Positions 51,329-63,615 of a DNA stretch of 64,000 nucleotides are shown piece by piece. The notes beneath the pieces are model-generated. The model did no database searches. It saw only the letters and a list, made by a program, of their open reading frames with translations, and had not been told where the DNA came from. Each line of letters starts with the position of its first letter. The stretch's first letter is position 1. The position numbers and the translations under genes are program-made. Origin of the DNA: Octopus vulgaris (lineage: Eukaryota); assembly GCA_951406725.2 (NCBI GenBank), contig OX597825.1, positions 41,974,001 to 42,038,000 on the forward strand, given 5' to 3'.

Positions 51329-51375
<47 letters not shown>

Positions 51376-51377
<2 letters not shown>

Positions 51378-53045
51378 AACACTGATTAGAGAAAAACATC
51401 AGCCTCACCTAGATTCGATCGATCTTGCTTCGACAGAATTTGCGACGTGTAAATTTAAGTACTTGCCTGTGTCTACTTCTGATGCACAAATATTATGTGA
51501 CGTCTTGGCGGATACTTGTTCCAGAGACGCGTCGTCGAACTGTTTTCCACATTCTGCATAGTGTCTTGCATCCCAGAGCTTCAGCCACAGGGAAATTCAT
51601 TTCGGCTAGATTCTTCTGGCCGAATGTAAGACGAGATATCACTGCTTGGTCTTGCCTTTTCTGCTAGAAATCGAAGGTGCACAAGCACATCTGTGCATCT
51701 CTTGGTATCTTCAACACACTGGACGCTCGTCTGAACCACATTCATATCGATTATGTTGAACCTTGACCGGTTTGTCAAAGCTTTATGTATCTCCTTACGT
51801 GCTTCGACTGCTTTACACGTTCGCTTGAAGCCATTCCTTTATGTGATATTTCAGCAGAATCGGTAGTGCGAGCCCTGGTATCGGGTTTGACATCACACTA
51901 CGGCGTCCATACCACGATCACTACTGACCGTGGTAGGCAATTCGAATTCCAGCTCACCCATGACCTTTCAAAAATTCTAGGGGCACAGTGCATTTGGACT
52001 ACTAGTTACCACCCAGCTTCAAACGGTAGGGTGGAACGCTTCCACTGACAATTGAAAGCTGTGATGCATGCTTATCATGACCAACATCAATAGAGTGAGT
52101 ATCTACACATTATCCTTCTGGGCTGCAGTCAAGGAGGATCTTAGATACTCTCCAGCGCAGCTGCTTTACGAAGTACCGTTATCCTTGCTTGGTTAGATAC
52201 TGGTCCCGGTGGACTTATCCTCCTAAGATCCTGCTCTCTTTCTTCAATCTTTCATTGATGACTCCTCGGCAAGAGACTATTACATCTTCGGCCCCGAAGG
52301 ATATTGCTCCGTGGACAAACATATTTCTTTGCAATGACTTTATGCAAAGTCCCCTCACACCACCATACACAGGGCCTTACTGTGTCCTTTCCAACACAAA
52401 TAAACTTTTCACTATAGACATTAATGGGACAAAAGAAGCTGTCTCAATTGACAAGGTTAAACGGGCTTTTACAGACGCTCTTACACTACAATCACATACC
52501 CATTACACATACACTGCTCATCACAGAACACATGCCACACCTTCGCGTTCCCCATCTTCACACTTGCACACACCTTCCCCAGCTCCATTTATATACGTCA
52601 CTACAATACACAGTGGTCGTCGTGTACACTGGCCCACCAAGTTGTGCAAGACTATCTATATCTGAACTGGCTGATATAGAGCAAAGTGTGAACTTACCTC
52701 AGAGCATTAACTTACCCTTTGTGCATGTTTTCATTTTGCTTTACTGTGTTATTTTGTACCTTGCTGTATTACTTTGTTTCTTTTTCAGCATTTTTCCTTT
52801 TTTCCTTTTGTATTTATGTGTTACCTTCCAGAACGTTTTCTCCTTTTTGCTGATCTCCCTTTCAGTTTAAGCAGGGGCTCATGTAGGAGCACTATTTCCC
52901 TTTGGTAGAATTGTTATCCGTCTATGTGTGATTTGGTTAGTGTAGCCAACCACTTTGACTCACACATAGATACACATTGCTGCCTGTATTGAGACATGGA
53001 AAAGTTTTTCATAAGTTCCATTCAGGCCTTGGGAGAAGTAAGACA
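51376..53045 (+). mobile_element. Ty3/Gypsy LTR retrotransposon 3' part: integrase, PPT and probable short LTR
   Basis: HSVLHP...RFFWPNV...C (HHCC), HIHID, YLLTCFDCFTR, ITTDRGRQF, YHPASNGRVERFH, PPYTGPY. Purine run aagcagggg precedes TG at 52882; LTR end uncertain. Confidence 0.9.
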
Positions 53046-53777
53046 TATTATCTCTCTGTCTGAACTCAACACCACGTGAAAATATCTAATGGGGAGACAT
53101 TCTAGAATTTGATACTGGATTATGAGACTGTTCAAAAATTTATCACGTTCCATATTTTCATATTATGAAGTAACTGTAAGTGTTATCTTTTGAATATGCT
53201 GCATACACCTAATTTGGATTTGTGACCTTATAAGAAGGAGCCTGAACATTCCTTCTATTCACCTAGGACACTGTTATGTCCTGTCTTTGAATGCTATGCA
53301 CGGTATGCCGGCAAGCAAACTTCATTTTAATTCTGTCACCAATTCCTCTTCCAATAAATTGCTATTGTTCTGTTAAGCCTTCTGAACATTGTTCATTATT
53401 CACATCTAGATGGAATTATAATTATTGCATTGCAAGATATTCTATTACCACTGTTATAAAACTTCAGATATTTTAGTGCCTATTCACTAAAACTGCATAT
53501 AAAGTAAAGCACACAAATATAAAAATGTTTCACAATCAAGTACCAGTATTTAAATATACTTAAATTTCTACTAGTATTATAAATATATAAGTATTTAAAT
53601 ATAGATAAATAAATGGATTACAGAATGAATAACAATATGCAATAAATCAACACGTAATTACATCAATAATAACTTGTAATAAATTGGAAAAGTTAAAAAA
53701 TAAATACAATTTGTGAGTATTATATTTGCAGATACACTCATAAACATGAGTAAAGATTTAGATAGCATGAGTAACTT

Positions 53778-54110
53778 TTTATCTTTTATTTGTTTCAGTC
53801 ATTTGACTGTGGTCATGTTGGGGTAGCACCTTGAGGGGTTTTTTTTAGTCAAACAAATCAACACCAGGACTTATTGTTTTAGCCTATTTTTTACTTATTC
53901 TCTCTGTCTCATTTGTCAAACCACTAAGTTATAGGGATATAAACATACCAACACCTGTTGTCAAGCAATCATGGGAGACAAACACAGACACAAACACTCA
54001 CACACACACACACACAGAGACACACACGCAATAGGCTTCTTTCAGTCTCCATCTACCAAATCCACTCACAAGGCTTTGGTTAGCACAAAGCTATAGTAGA
54101 AGACACTTGG
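53778..54110 (-). mobile_element. tRNA-SINE family A, CpG-depleted
   Basis: Family match. Confidence 0.8.
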
Positions 54111-55083
54111 CCTTTGGTGTTTGCCAAAATATGCCATTACAATGTTTTTCTGGTCATCTGTCATTGTACATAATTAAATTGCTGTCCTATGATTTCAAAA
54201 GTCTGTGAAAATATTCCACTGATAAATCTTTAGAATAATGGGCAGAATAACTGGCCATTCATAATGCTGGTCTTGTAAACAAGACCAATTTCCAATAGAG
54301 ACTGGCTCCAGCAGTCATGCTTGAATTTCCAGAGTCCTGCTATAAATATTATTAGATACTTCCCTATTGACTCTGTCTCTAGATTTAATCAATAGTAGAT
54401 GTGTAAGACAAGTTACCTATATTAACATGCTGTTTCTATTTTATTTTCAATTCAGTAAACTGGGTAGTTAGAACATATGTAATTTTGGCCTAAAGACCCA
54501 ATGCAGATTTACAGACAAGATAGACTCCATTGAACACTAACTTGTCCAATACCATATCATTTCAAACATTAATGTTCTTATGAAATAATAAACTAAATAA
54601 ATATCTGAAAAATTGTCCACATAATTCCCATAGTCAATTCACTACAATGGTAATAGTTACTGCAAGTAAAATATAAAGGTAATCATAACATTAAACAAAA
54701 CATTAGAAACTAATTAATTTCTCTTTTCTCTATAAATTTACATAGATTTTTTTTCCTTGTAAGTTCTTTTCTTTTCACTCGTCGTATATTAGTTTTATTA
54801 AATTTTCATTAAGATTCAATTAAAGTCATAAGTGTTCAAATGTTAGGAATCAGAGAATGTTGTGTTCTCCACACACAATGCACACACACACACACGCACA
54901 CACACACACACTCATGCACGCACATAGAAAGACAGACAAATAGATAGATAATACATGCATATACACACATGCATACATATAAACATACATACATGCATAC
55001 ATATTTATATATATATATATACACACACATTATCATACATATGCATAGATATATGTCTATGTGTGTATACATATACAAATATA

Positions 55084-55134
<51 letters not shown>

Positions 55135-55458
55135 GTGTGTATGTAAAGACACATACACGAGCAATTATATATAATATACATATATATGTAGTTATATGTA
55201 TGCACACACCCACACACATATATATATATGAATACAAAATACTTAATATATAGGTAATTGAAATAGAGACACTTAGAAGTTGATTTTTCTTATACTTATT
55301 TTCTATGCAATTAAAATTTTATTAGTGGAAGTAGATCGTATTTTTCTTTTCATATTGTTCTTATAAATATTACAAAAATTATTCTAAAATGTTCAATCAA
55401 CTAATCAGCATGACTGATTGCCTTCATTTAATTCATGTCAATATACTTTAATGAGAAT

Positions 55459-55467
55459 TTATTATTA

Positions 55468-55528
<61 letters not shown>

Positions 55529-55570
55529 CATCGTCATCATTAGTATTAGTACTAGTATTAGTATTCGTAA
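55459..55570. repeat. (TTA)n microsatellite
   Basis: Read directly; source of the poly-Leu ORF. Confidence 0.95.
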
Positions 55571-56199
55571 TAAGTAGGCAGAATTGTTGGAGAATTGGAA
55601 AATTCTTTGCAGTATTTCTTTCTTCCCATCAGAGTTCAGATTTGCCTTTCATTCTTTCAGGGTTGATAAATCAAGGGACTAGAATTACTGGTTCTGGGCT
55701 AAATTTGAAACTACTATTATTGTTGTTGTTATTGGTATTGTTATTTTTCATTATTTCCTTAACTTCTGATTAATGTATGTCACATCTCAGCTCGATCTTA
55801 CAGCATAAAGACACAACACTTTTCTCAACTCATGAGTTGTTCCATTTACTGCTGCCTACTGAATACTTATGATATTTGGTATTTGCAGCTTTTGATACCA
55901 GTATATTGCACTCTTTGAGATGGTCCCAAGTACACTGATTGCAATAGGTACTTCACTCAGTTTTGAGGCTCTGTCAACTCATTTCACTGCCATTGCTAGG
56001 TTTTGGTACTGCTTCCTGCACAACGCCCAGCATTTTTGCACTGTCACTTTGTCATGGCATTTTTTGTTCTCCCTTTGAGCCAGTTTTGAGCATCCACAAA
56101 GGTGGAAGGAACACCAGAAATGCTTTTCCTCACACAAAAGCTGCAAGAACTATCCAGAGGTTTTGCAAGCTCTTCTAAGTCTATTGCAATGCTGGAAAC

Positions 56200-57700
56200 C
56201 CTTCTGTATAGTCTGTAGATATTTCAGGGTCACAAGCATTTTGTCCCTTAGCCTGCATGCTTTAACTGAGGGGAGCAGCAAGGACTGAGCTAGTCTTAAC
56301 CTATGGAAGGGTTCCAATTGCAGTCTCTTATCAACCATAGCCATCCTGAGTTAGTTTCAGCTGCTGTGCCTATTTCCTTAATGGCTTTCTTCAGTTGTCT
56401 GGGTTCCAGATCTATCTTCTGCTAGAAATAGCGAACTGATGCAGATGGAAAGCTGGGGCAGCCAACATCAATGGGGAATGAAGCTGCATGCCAGCCCTTT
56501 ACAAGGGCCTTGTGGGCTAAGACCTGATAAATTCAATTTCTTTACTTGATGGGAAATAGTGAGGCTGTCTTCCCAAGGCACAGTGAGTTTAGCCATGATG
56601 AATGTGTCTGGTCAGAGTGATGTTACTCCTATCACCTCTGGGAAGACAAGTCTACCCCTCAAGTCCACTTGCACCTCCCAGTCTCAGGCTGAGTGTAAAA
56701 CAGAAAACAGATCCTCTTCCACTGCCTTAACCTTGGGTGCTTTGTCACCTTTCTTTCAGAATTTTTGTACCATTTGAATGGTGATGGCTGGTGTTTATTA
56801 AACTTCACCCTTTTGCAGATCAGTAGCAATTTCTGCATGAACCTTGTTATGTCTCCACTTGTATTGGCCTTCTTCCAGTCCCCCTCAGGGATCTATTCAA
56901 AATGTGATTCAAGGCACAAAGAGTTGCTCTCCATATTTTAAGATTATTCAGAGTAAGCAAGAGGTCAGTGACAGCACAAAGGAGGACAATCTTTCCTGGT
57001 CAGAACTCCAGATTTCTTCCCTGGACATTGGACACTCAAGTGCCTTGTCCAACTGCATCCATTGACCTTGGTGGGCAAGCTCTACTATCTTCAACTCATG
57101 TTCCTCTTCATTTGAATCCTGGATCCTTTGCCCTATGAGCTCTCTCCTACACACCTATTAGGGTTTTTCTATCTATTGGTGCTGTACTTACCAAGTCCTT
57201 GATATACAGCTCCAGTAATCTCCTGCTGTTTCCAGTATGTCTCTACTTCCTTCACAGCCTCTTGAGGTTTCCATTTTCTACCACACTTCATAAATTTGCT
57301 AGAATGTCTGACTTCCTCAGCCTCAGACAGAAGCAACGTTGTGATAGTTCTTGCCTTTATGGCTTTGAATTCCTGAGCTTTGAGGTCTTGCTGTACAGAT
57401 TGACTGGGGGATGCCCAGCCACTTTCACACTAACTTACTGCACAATTTTTCCATTGCCTTAATGTTAATCATAGAAAAGTCACAAAGCAAAAATGGCCAC
57501 TGCAGTCTGAGTATGATGCCATACTAGAAGCACTATACTTTGAATCTTCAAAGTAGCTGGCTTCTATCAACTTCTATTAGTCAGTTGCCTAGTTGAATTT
57601 TGATGTCTTCAGCATTGCCAATAACCTTAAGAGTATGATCAAACCTTTGCTCAAGGCAGCTGACTCCTTTTTCTTGTATTCTTGGCATTTGAGAACCTAA
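56200..57700 (-). mobile_element. Decayed HERO-like non-LTR retrotransposon (restriction-like endonuclease)
   Basis: QGQW, EGQYKWRHNKV, WEVQVDL...FP...TSLxPD...KLTVPWED, IDVGC, AAETNSGWLWL. Confidence 0.8.
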
Positions 57701-60225
57701 AATACGGAAAAGTCTAGAATCTGACGAAGCTAGTGAAAGTCTGCATTCGGAGTAGAAATTTAAGTTTGTAAGATGTCATATAAATTCATACGCTATGAGG
57801 AAAAAGTCTAACTGTAAGTACAACTAAATATTTGGACAGGCAAACAACTCTTTCTTTTCCTTACTCTTTATTTCAGGCCAAGATTCTAAAACATTAAATT
57901 TTCTATGCTGCATTGTAATTAAAATGACACTTCTTTTTGAGCACTATGTTTGAAATATGCTGAGTTAGATCCTTCTATATATACTTAGAGTATATTAAGA
58001 TTTTCAGCTCATGATACTTAAGCTTGTAATGGAATTATATATTTTCAAATCTTATTTTTCTCTTCTATTGTTACCATTAATATGTCAATGGTATCAATAA
58101 CCAATGTTAGCAATAGCAACATAGTTTATTATAAGTCTAATTTGGTTTACAACTAGCTAATGCTAAAAACATTGTAATCATCATCATCATCATTGTGTTT
58201 GGCTCTCATTATATGAAGATCATTTATTTGATTTTTCTCTCCAAAATAAAATTTATTCAAGTACTACCAATGAAATTTTCCTTTGGTGTACTTGGAAGAA
58301 GAAGAATAATTACCTGAGTAAAACTGGCACTCTGTAACTGAAGGTAAAATATTACAAAAGCTAAGAAAGTAATACAAAAATCAAAGCATACAACCAGATA
58401 TTGATGAGGAAGAAGTATAGTGAACAGTTAATAGAATTAATAGACAAGAATGTATAGTAGAAGAAAAGTATTCCAAATACTCAAATGATGTGTTATTTGG
58501 AAGACAGTAATAATAACAACAATAACGGTACTGACATAGTGTCCTTTACCTGATTCCAAATACTACAGTCAATTTGTATAATTGCTGAGTGAAGACATTT
58601 ACAAAACTAGCAGATGGAATTTTTATAAAAAGATGGGAGTGGATTAAATTTTCCTTTACATCAAGTAGTAGGACAATTCCACCCACAAATATGGGGAGAA
58701 ATTATCTCAGTCTGTGGCACTATCTGCTGTATTATTGATACAATCAAAACACTGGTTGAAGTTGACAAACATACTTCTCACTATAAATTTCTACCCAGTA
58801 CATTGGTCAAAGAAATATGATACCCTGGACGCTAAGTAGACCAATGGCACTTGTTGTGACTTTCGTGTTGCAGTATATAAGAATGTTCAAAGCAGGCTTT
58901 AGGGAAGGTGACTTGTAGTCAGAGAGCATAAAAGTGGACTTACAAGTCTTAATGGTACATGAAAGTCTCGTAGCAATACCAGTACTGTACCTAGTAGAAG
59001 ATGTTGAGACTAAAGGCATAAGATTAATGATGCAGAACAGATTGTCTAGTTGATACATTTGTTAGAGTAAACCACATCTTAGAGCTGAATGCTTGGAAGA
59101 AAATGGTTGGTTAAGCAAAACTAAGATAAATAGAAATAATGAAGAGCAACAGCAAATGAACAAAACCTATTTTCCAGAGCACCACCAGCCAAAATGGTAG
59201 CAAAAAGAAAAATATCATTAGTCCTTGCATCAAAAATATAGGAACAAACACAGCCCCTAACAGTACAATTTGTAGTACCATCCCTTCATTATACGCTAAA
59301 GATGAAATAATAATAAATAAAATTTCTCATAGACTCAGAAAAAATACAAAGAGAAAAATTACAGAGAAAGGATGACTTGGCAGAAAACATCTCAAATGGA
59401 TGTAAAGGAGCATTTCTTCTAAGTGACACCAAAATCCAGCTTTGGGAAAATAAAGTAAATTAACAGAATGGAGATCAACTAAGAATCACCATTATTCAAA
59501 GATCAAAGAAACAGTTAACAGATAAAATTACACATCTCTAGAGCCAAAATTTTCCAAAGGAGTTATGATGATACAAAAATAATTAGGTTAAGAATACAAA
59601 CAGTAGGCAGTAGAAGGTTTACTAGAAAAATTAAGATTCATATTATACCTAACTTAAAAGATGTTGGAGATTTCCAACATCAAATACCTCAAAAATACTT
59701 ATTGGTGCATTTGGTTTCACACGAATACACTATCAGAAATGGTAAAATGAACAGCAATGTAGAGTGCTCTACTCAAACTAATCTGAAAAATCTTTCAAGT
59801 GTTGTCTCTTTAGATTATATTTCTTTTTAATATTTGTGTGTTGTAATTATTTCTAGGAAAAAAGTATGAGGATATGTATGTATACATAAGTATGCATATG
59901 TATGTGTTTGCATGTATGTTATTATATATGTGTGTGTGTATGTGTGCCTATGCATGAATATGTATGCACACACATATATGTATACCTTAAAAATTGTTGA
60001 TATAGCTACTCATAAATTGACGGGCAAAGTCAACCTTAGCAGAATTCAAAGTCAGAATACAAAGAGAGAAAAGAAATACTACTAAGCATTTTTTTTTTGA
60101 TGCGCTAATGTTTCAATGTTTCTGTCTGTACACCACCTTCCAAAGTATTAATAAGCAAACAAGAAATTAGCTTTAAAAATTATTAACCAGGAAAGAAAAT
60201 TGTGAGTGTTTTCCAGGGTGAATTT

Positions 60226-61024
60226 AAGGGGTGCAGTGAATAAGTTGTTTAAGTTAAACAAAAATGAAAATAACACTGACATCTCGTTTTAATAGATATA
60301 TTTACCAAAATTACACAAAAATATCTTGAAATATTGAAAAGTAGATTTATTCAATAAAATTGTTGTTCGCTTCAACCACAGTCTCCAGACAACCTCAGAA
60401 TCTCCTGCAACTCTTCCAGATAGTCTCCTTGTTTAAGTTGGTGAATGCTACCATAATCCTTGCTTTCAGTTCATCTTTGATATTACAAGGAGTTTTGTTG
60501 GTCTCTCACTCAATGGCACCCCACATGTAATAACCAAGGAAGTTGCAGGGTGGGGAGTTGGAGGTTAATGTTTCACAGTAATTGCCTGACAACCCTGACT
60601 AAATCCAGCAGCCACCCTCTTGCCCCAGAGCAGCATTACCTCTTCCAGGCACTTGATGTAGGCCTCCATGTTGAGGTTGAGGCTGTGTGGGAAGATGAAT
60701 GGAGGTATAACATCATCACTCCAAACACCATGAGGTTGACTGAATATTTGAGTTTTATCACTTTCAGTACAAGTTTTGGGGACATGGCATGCCAACGGTT
60801 GTTCTGTGTGTTCATCATTTGTTCATATTGGAACTTCCAGCGTGAATACCAAGCAGTGCAGCATGTCGTTTTCAAATTTCTGGCAGAGTGAATAGTATCA
60901 TGGTGCTATTTTTCTGTGCCCAACTGACCCTACTATACTGTGTGGTTGACAAAATCAAAAACAAACAATGTGCATGTGTGAAATTAAAAATATAGAATAG
61001 TGACAATTTACCCATTGCACCCTG
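60226..61024 (-). mobile_element. Second copy of the DD37D non-autonomous element
   Basis: Colinear with 7847-8636 including both TIRs, but with different internal deletions. Confidence 0.9.
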
Positions 61025-61144
61025 TATACATATTTTTATAAAACTAGTATATATGTCTGTGTGTGTGCATGGATGCATGTACATATAAAGCACATGCCTT
61101 TATGCATATATGTGTGTATATAAGTCTGTATAAATATATATGTA

Positions 61145-61180
<36 letters not shown>

Positions 61181-61186
<6 letters not shown>

Positions 61187-61517
61187 TGTCACAAAAAGTG
61201 ATGAAGGGTACTAGTAAGCACCAGCATTGCTAGAAATAACAGTCAAAACAACTCTTAGCCACGGAAAAGCACTTATCTTACGACTAACAAGCGAGTCAAG
61301 CTCCCACAGTATCTCGGGCAGGGCCAGATCACCAGTAAGCACCAGCATTGCTAGAAATAAGTGTAGGGGTCTGACTATGTCCACGATGCGGTAGGGAGCT
61401 TGACTTCTTTGTCAGTCATAAGATAAGTAGTTTATTGTGGCTAAGAGTTGTTTTGACTGATATTTCTAGCAATACTGGTACTTACTAGTACCCTTACTCA
61501 CTTTAGTGACATCTATA
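61181..61517. repeat. Imperfect fold-back element (~150-bp arms) beside (TA)n
   Basis: tatagatgtcac...gggtactagtaag... is mirrored by ...cttactagtaccc...gtgacatctata. Confidence 0.85.
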
Positions 61518-61756
61518 GTTCTGTCATTCAGTTTAAATTGCCAATAAGCCACTTTTATTATTGATATATTCTTTTATTCTTTTCTTTTACTTGTTTCAGT
61601 CATTTGACTGCAGCTATGCTGGAGCACCACCTTTAGTCATACAAATCGACCCCAGGACTTATTCTATCAGTCTCTTTTGCTGAACCACTAAGCTATCAAG
61701 CACACAAACATACATATATATATATATATGTGTGTGTGTGTGTATGTATATATATA

Positions 61757-62201
61757 TATAAAATACAGTGTAAATTTAAACACATTAAGAGTTTCTATCC
61801 TTTATGCTAGAAAGAACAGCTAAAGTCTAACCCATTAATTAGGGATAAATTCTCGAAGGGAATGAAAAATAAAAATATTTACCCTCTCTTTCCTGGACCA
61901 TGGTTTCTCACTTATTTTAATAAAAAATTAATTTACCAGGTGAAGTCTTCATCAACAGGGATGCCAAAAATTAAATATATAAACAACGAGGCTAATCCAG
62001 CATGTGTCTTATTGCTTATACATTTTACCTAATTTATCCTTAATTAGTAGTTTGGACTTTAGCTGTTCTTTCTAGCTTAAAGGAATCCTATGATGGAAAC
62101 CTCTTAATGTGGTTAAATGTACACTGTATTTTATATGAATAATATATAGTCTATTGACTAATTTTTCTATACGCTAGGCCACTGGTAAAATCTTTATTAC
62201 C
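61757..62201 (-). mobile_element. (TA)n-flanked element with ~95-bp inverted repeats enclosing an HHR
   Basis: Inverted repeats at ~61757-61851 and ~62031-62136; HHR at 61891-61961. Confidence 0.7.
61891..61961 (-). ncRNA. Type I hammerhead ribozyme motif (U3 variant)
   Basis: cctg-TTGATGA-agact-tcac...gtga-GAAA-CCATGG-TC-cagg. Palindromic stem III and GUC cleavage site. Confidence 0.7.
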
Positions 62202-62628
62202 TATATATATATATGTGTGCACGCGTTTGTGTGTGTGTGTGTGTATGTATATATGTATATATATATAATATAATATAATATAATATAAATTGGACAAGGG
62301 CGATCGTTGTATTCTTTCCTGTCTTGAAGTTCACAGCCAAACTGCTGGGTGGGTTCACGTGAAAAATGGCATGCATGTGGAGATGGATGCATAGATTGGA
62401 ATGCGATTGTATTTTTCCTAGCCCCCGTACTTACCGAGAAAATCAATTGAAACTTTTTTCTAATGGAATTCCCGTTTGTTCCTCCATTAATACAACCAGT
62501 TGCTCCCACAGCCGGCATATACCATTTCGCTAGCAACAAGGGGAGTACAGGATGACAGTCAGCCAAAACTTTCGCTATGCTGTCTCTCTTCTTTCACTCT
62601 TTGTGGGGTTAATAATCTTAATCTTTAG

Positions 62629-62700
<72 letters not shown>

Positions 62701-62708
<8 letters not shown>

Positions 62709-63190
62709 GTCCATTTCATAAATCTTCTTTCAATTTCTGCTCTCTGCAAATAAAATCTTTTACGGATACAAATGCTTGCAAACACAGGGGTTAATGTACA
62801 ATTTTTTTCTATGTTCATAATTAAATCAATGTTTTAATGATAGACACAGGTCCAATAGAATAGCTCTCAGAAACAGACTACGTACAAATACGTCAATCAT
62901 CACGACACACACCTTCACTCACTCACTCTATCTCTCTTTCTCACCATCTTTCTTTCTCACAATGCACATGCACGCACACACACACACATCCATTTTATAT
63001 ATCTTCTTTCAATTTCTGCTCTCTGCAAATAACATTTTTACGGATAAAACTGCTTACAAAAATAGGGATTCATGTATAATTTCTTTCTATCTCTTGTTCT
63101 CTCTTTGTTCATAATTAAATCAATGTTTTAATGATGAGACACATGTCCAATAAAATAGCTCTCAGAAACAGACTACCAACAAATTCGTTC
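62701..63190. repeat. Diverged tandem duplication, ~280-bp period
   Basis: atcttctttcaatttctgctctctgcaaataa...atagctctcagaaacagactac occurs twice, each after (CA)n. Confidence 0.85.
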
Positions 63191-63382
63191 TTCACAATTC
63201 CTGAAGCTGTTTTCTGATAAGGTAGGGGAGGTAAGGAAATTTTCATACTACTGGAGACTCCAGTCGAAACAGGGGACACGAAAGGATAAGTTTGAGAAAC
63301 GCTGTTATAGATTATGCCTGACCGAAAACGATCACAGCCACATCATCCAAACAGACTGGGTGAAACTAGACTTAGCTGCTAG

Positions 63383-63417
<35 letters not shown>

Positions 63418-63525
63418 ATACAATGGGCTTCTTTTAGTTTCGGTCTTACGAAATCCACTCTCAAGGCTTTGGCTGGCCTGAAGCTATAGTTACCACATAG
63501 CCATGCCTGCATCTATATCATACAT

Positions 63526-63615
<90 letters not shown>

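Larger units (their letters stand above)
49207..51336. mobile_element. Fold-back PLE insertion: ~1035-bp inverted arms (49261-50294 / 50301-51336) around a 6-bp spacer
   Basis: Arms are reverse complements with few differences. Each carries the GIY-YIG C-terminus and an HHR-like motif; both ends abut (TA)n. Confidence 0.95.

Noticed and set aside
51245-51336. Second HHR-like motif (CTGAAGCA...GAAATATAA) in the palindrome arms
   Set aside because: No consistent stem I/II register can be drawn.
55435-55773. Poly-Leu ORF, and (TTA)n as a possible HERO target site
   Set aside because: The ORF is a microsatellite translation. The recognisable HERO 3' end is ~450 bp or more away, so targeting is unsupported.
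58600-59700. Faint PLE/LINE-like peptide traces (also 2330-2720)
   Set aside because: Too decayed to assign from motifs by eye.
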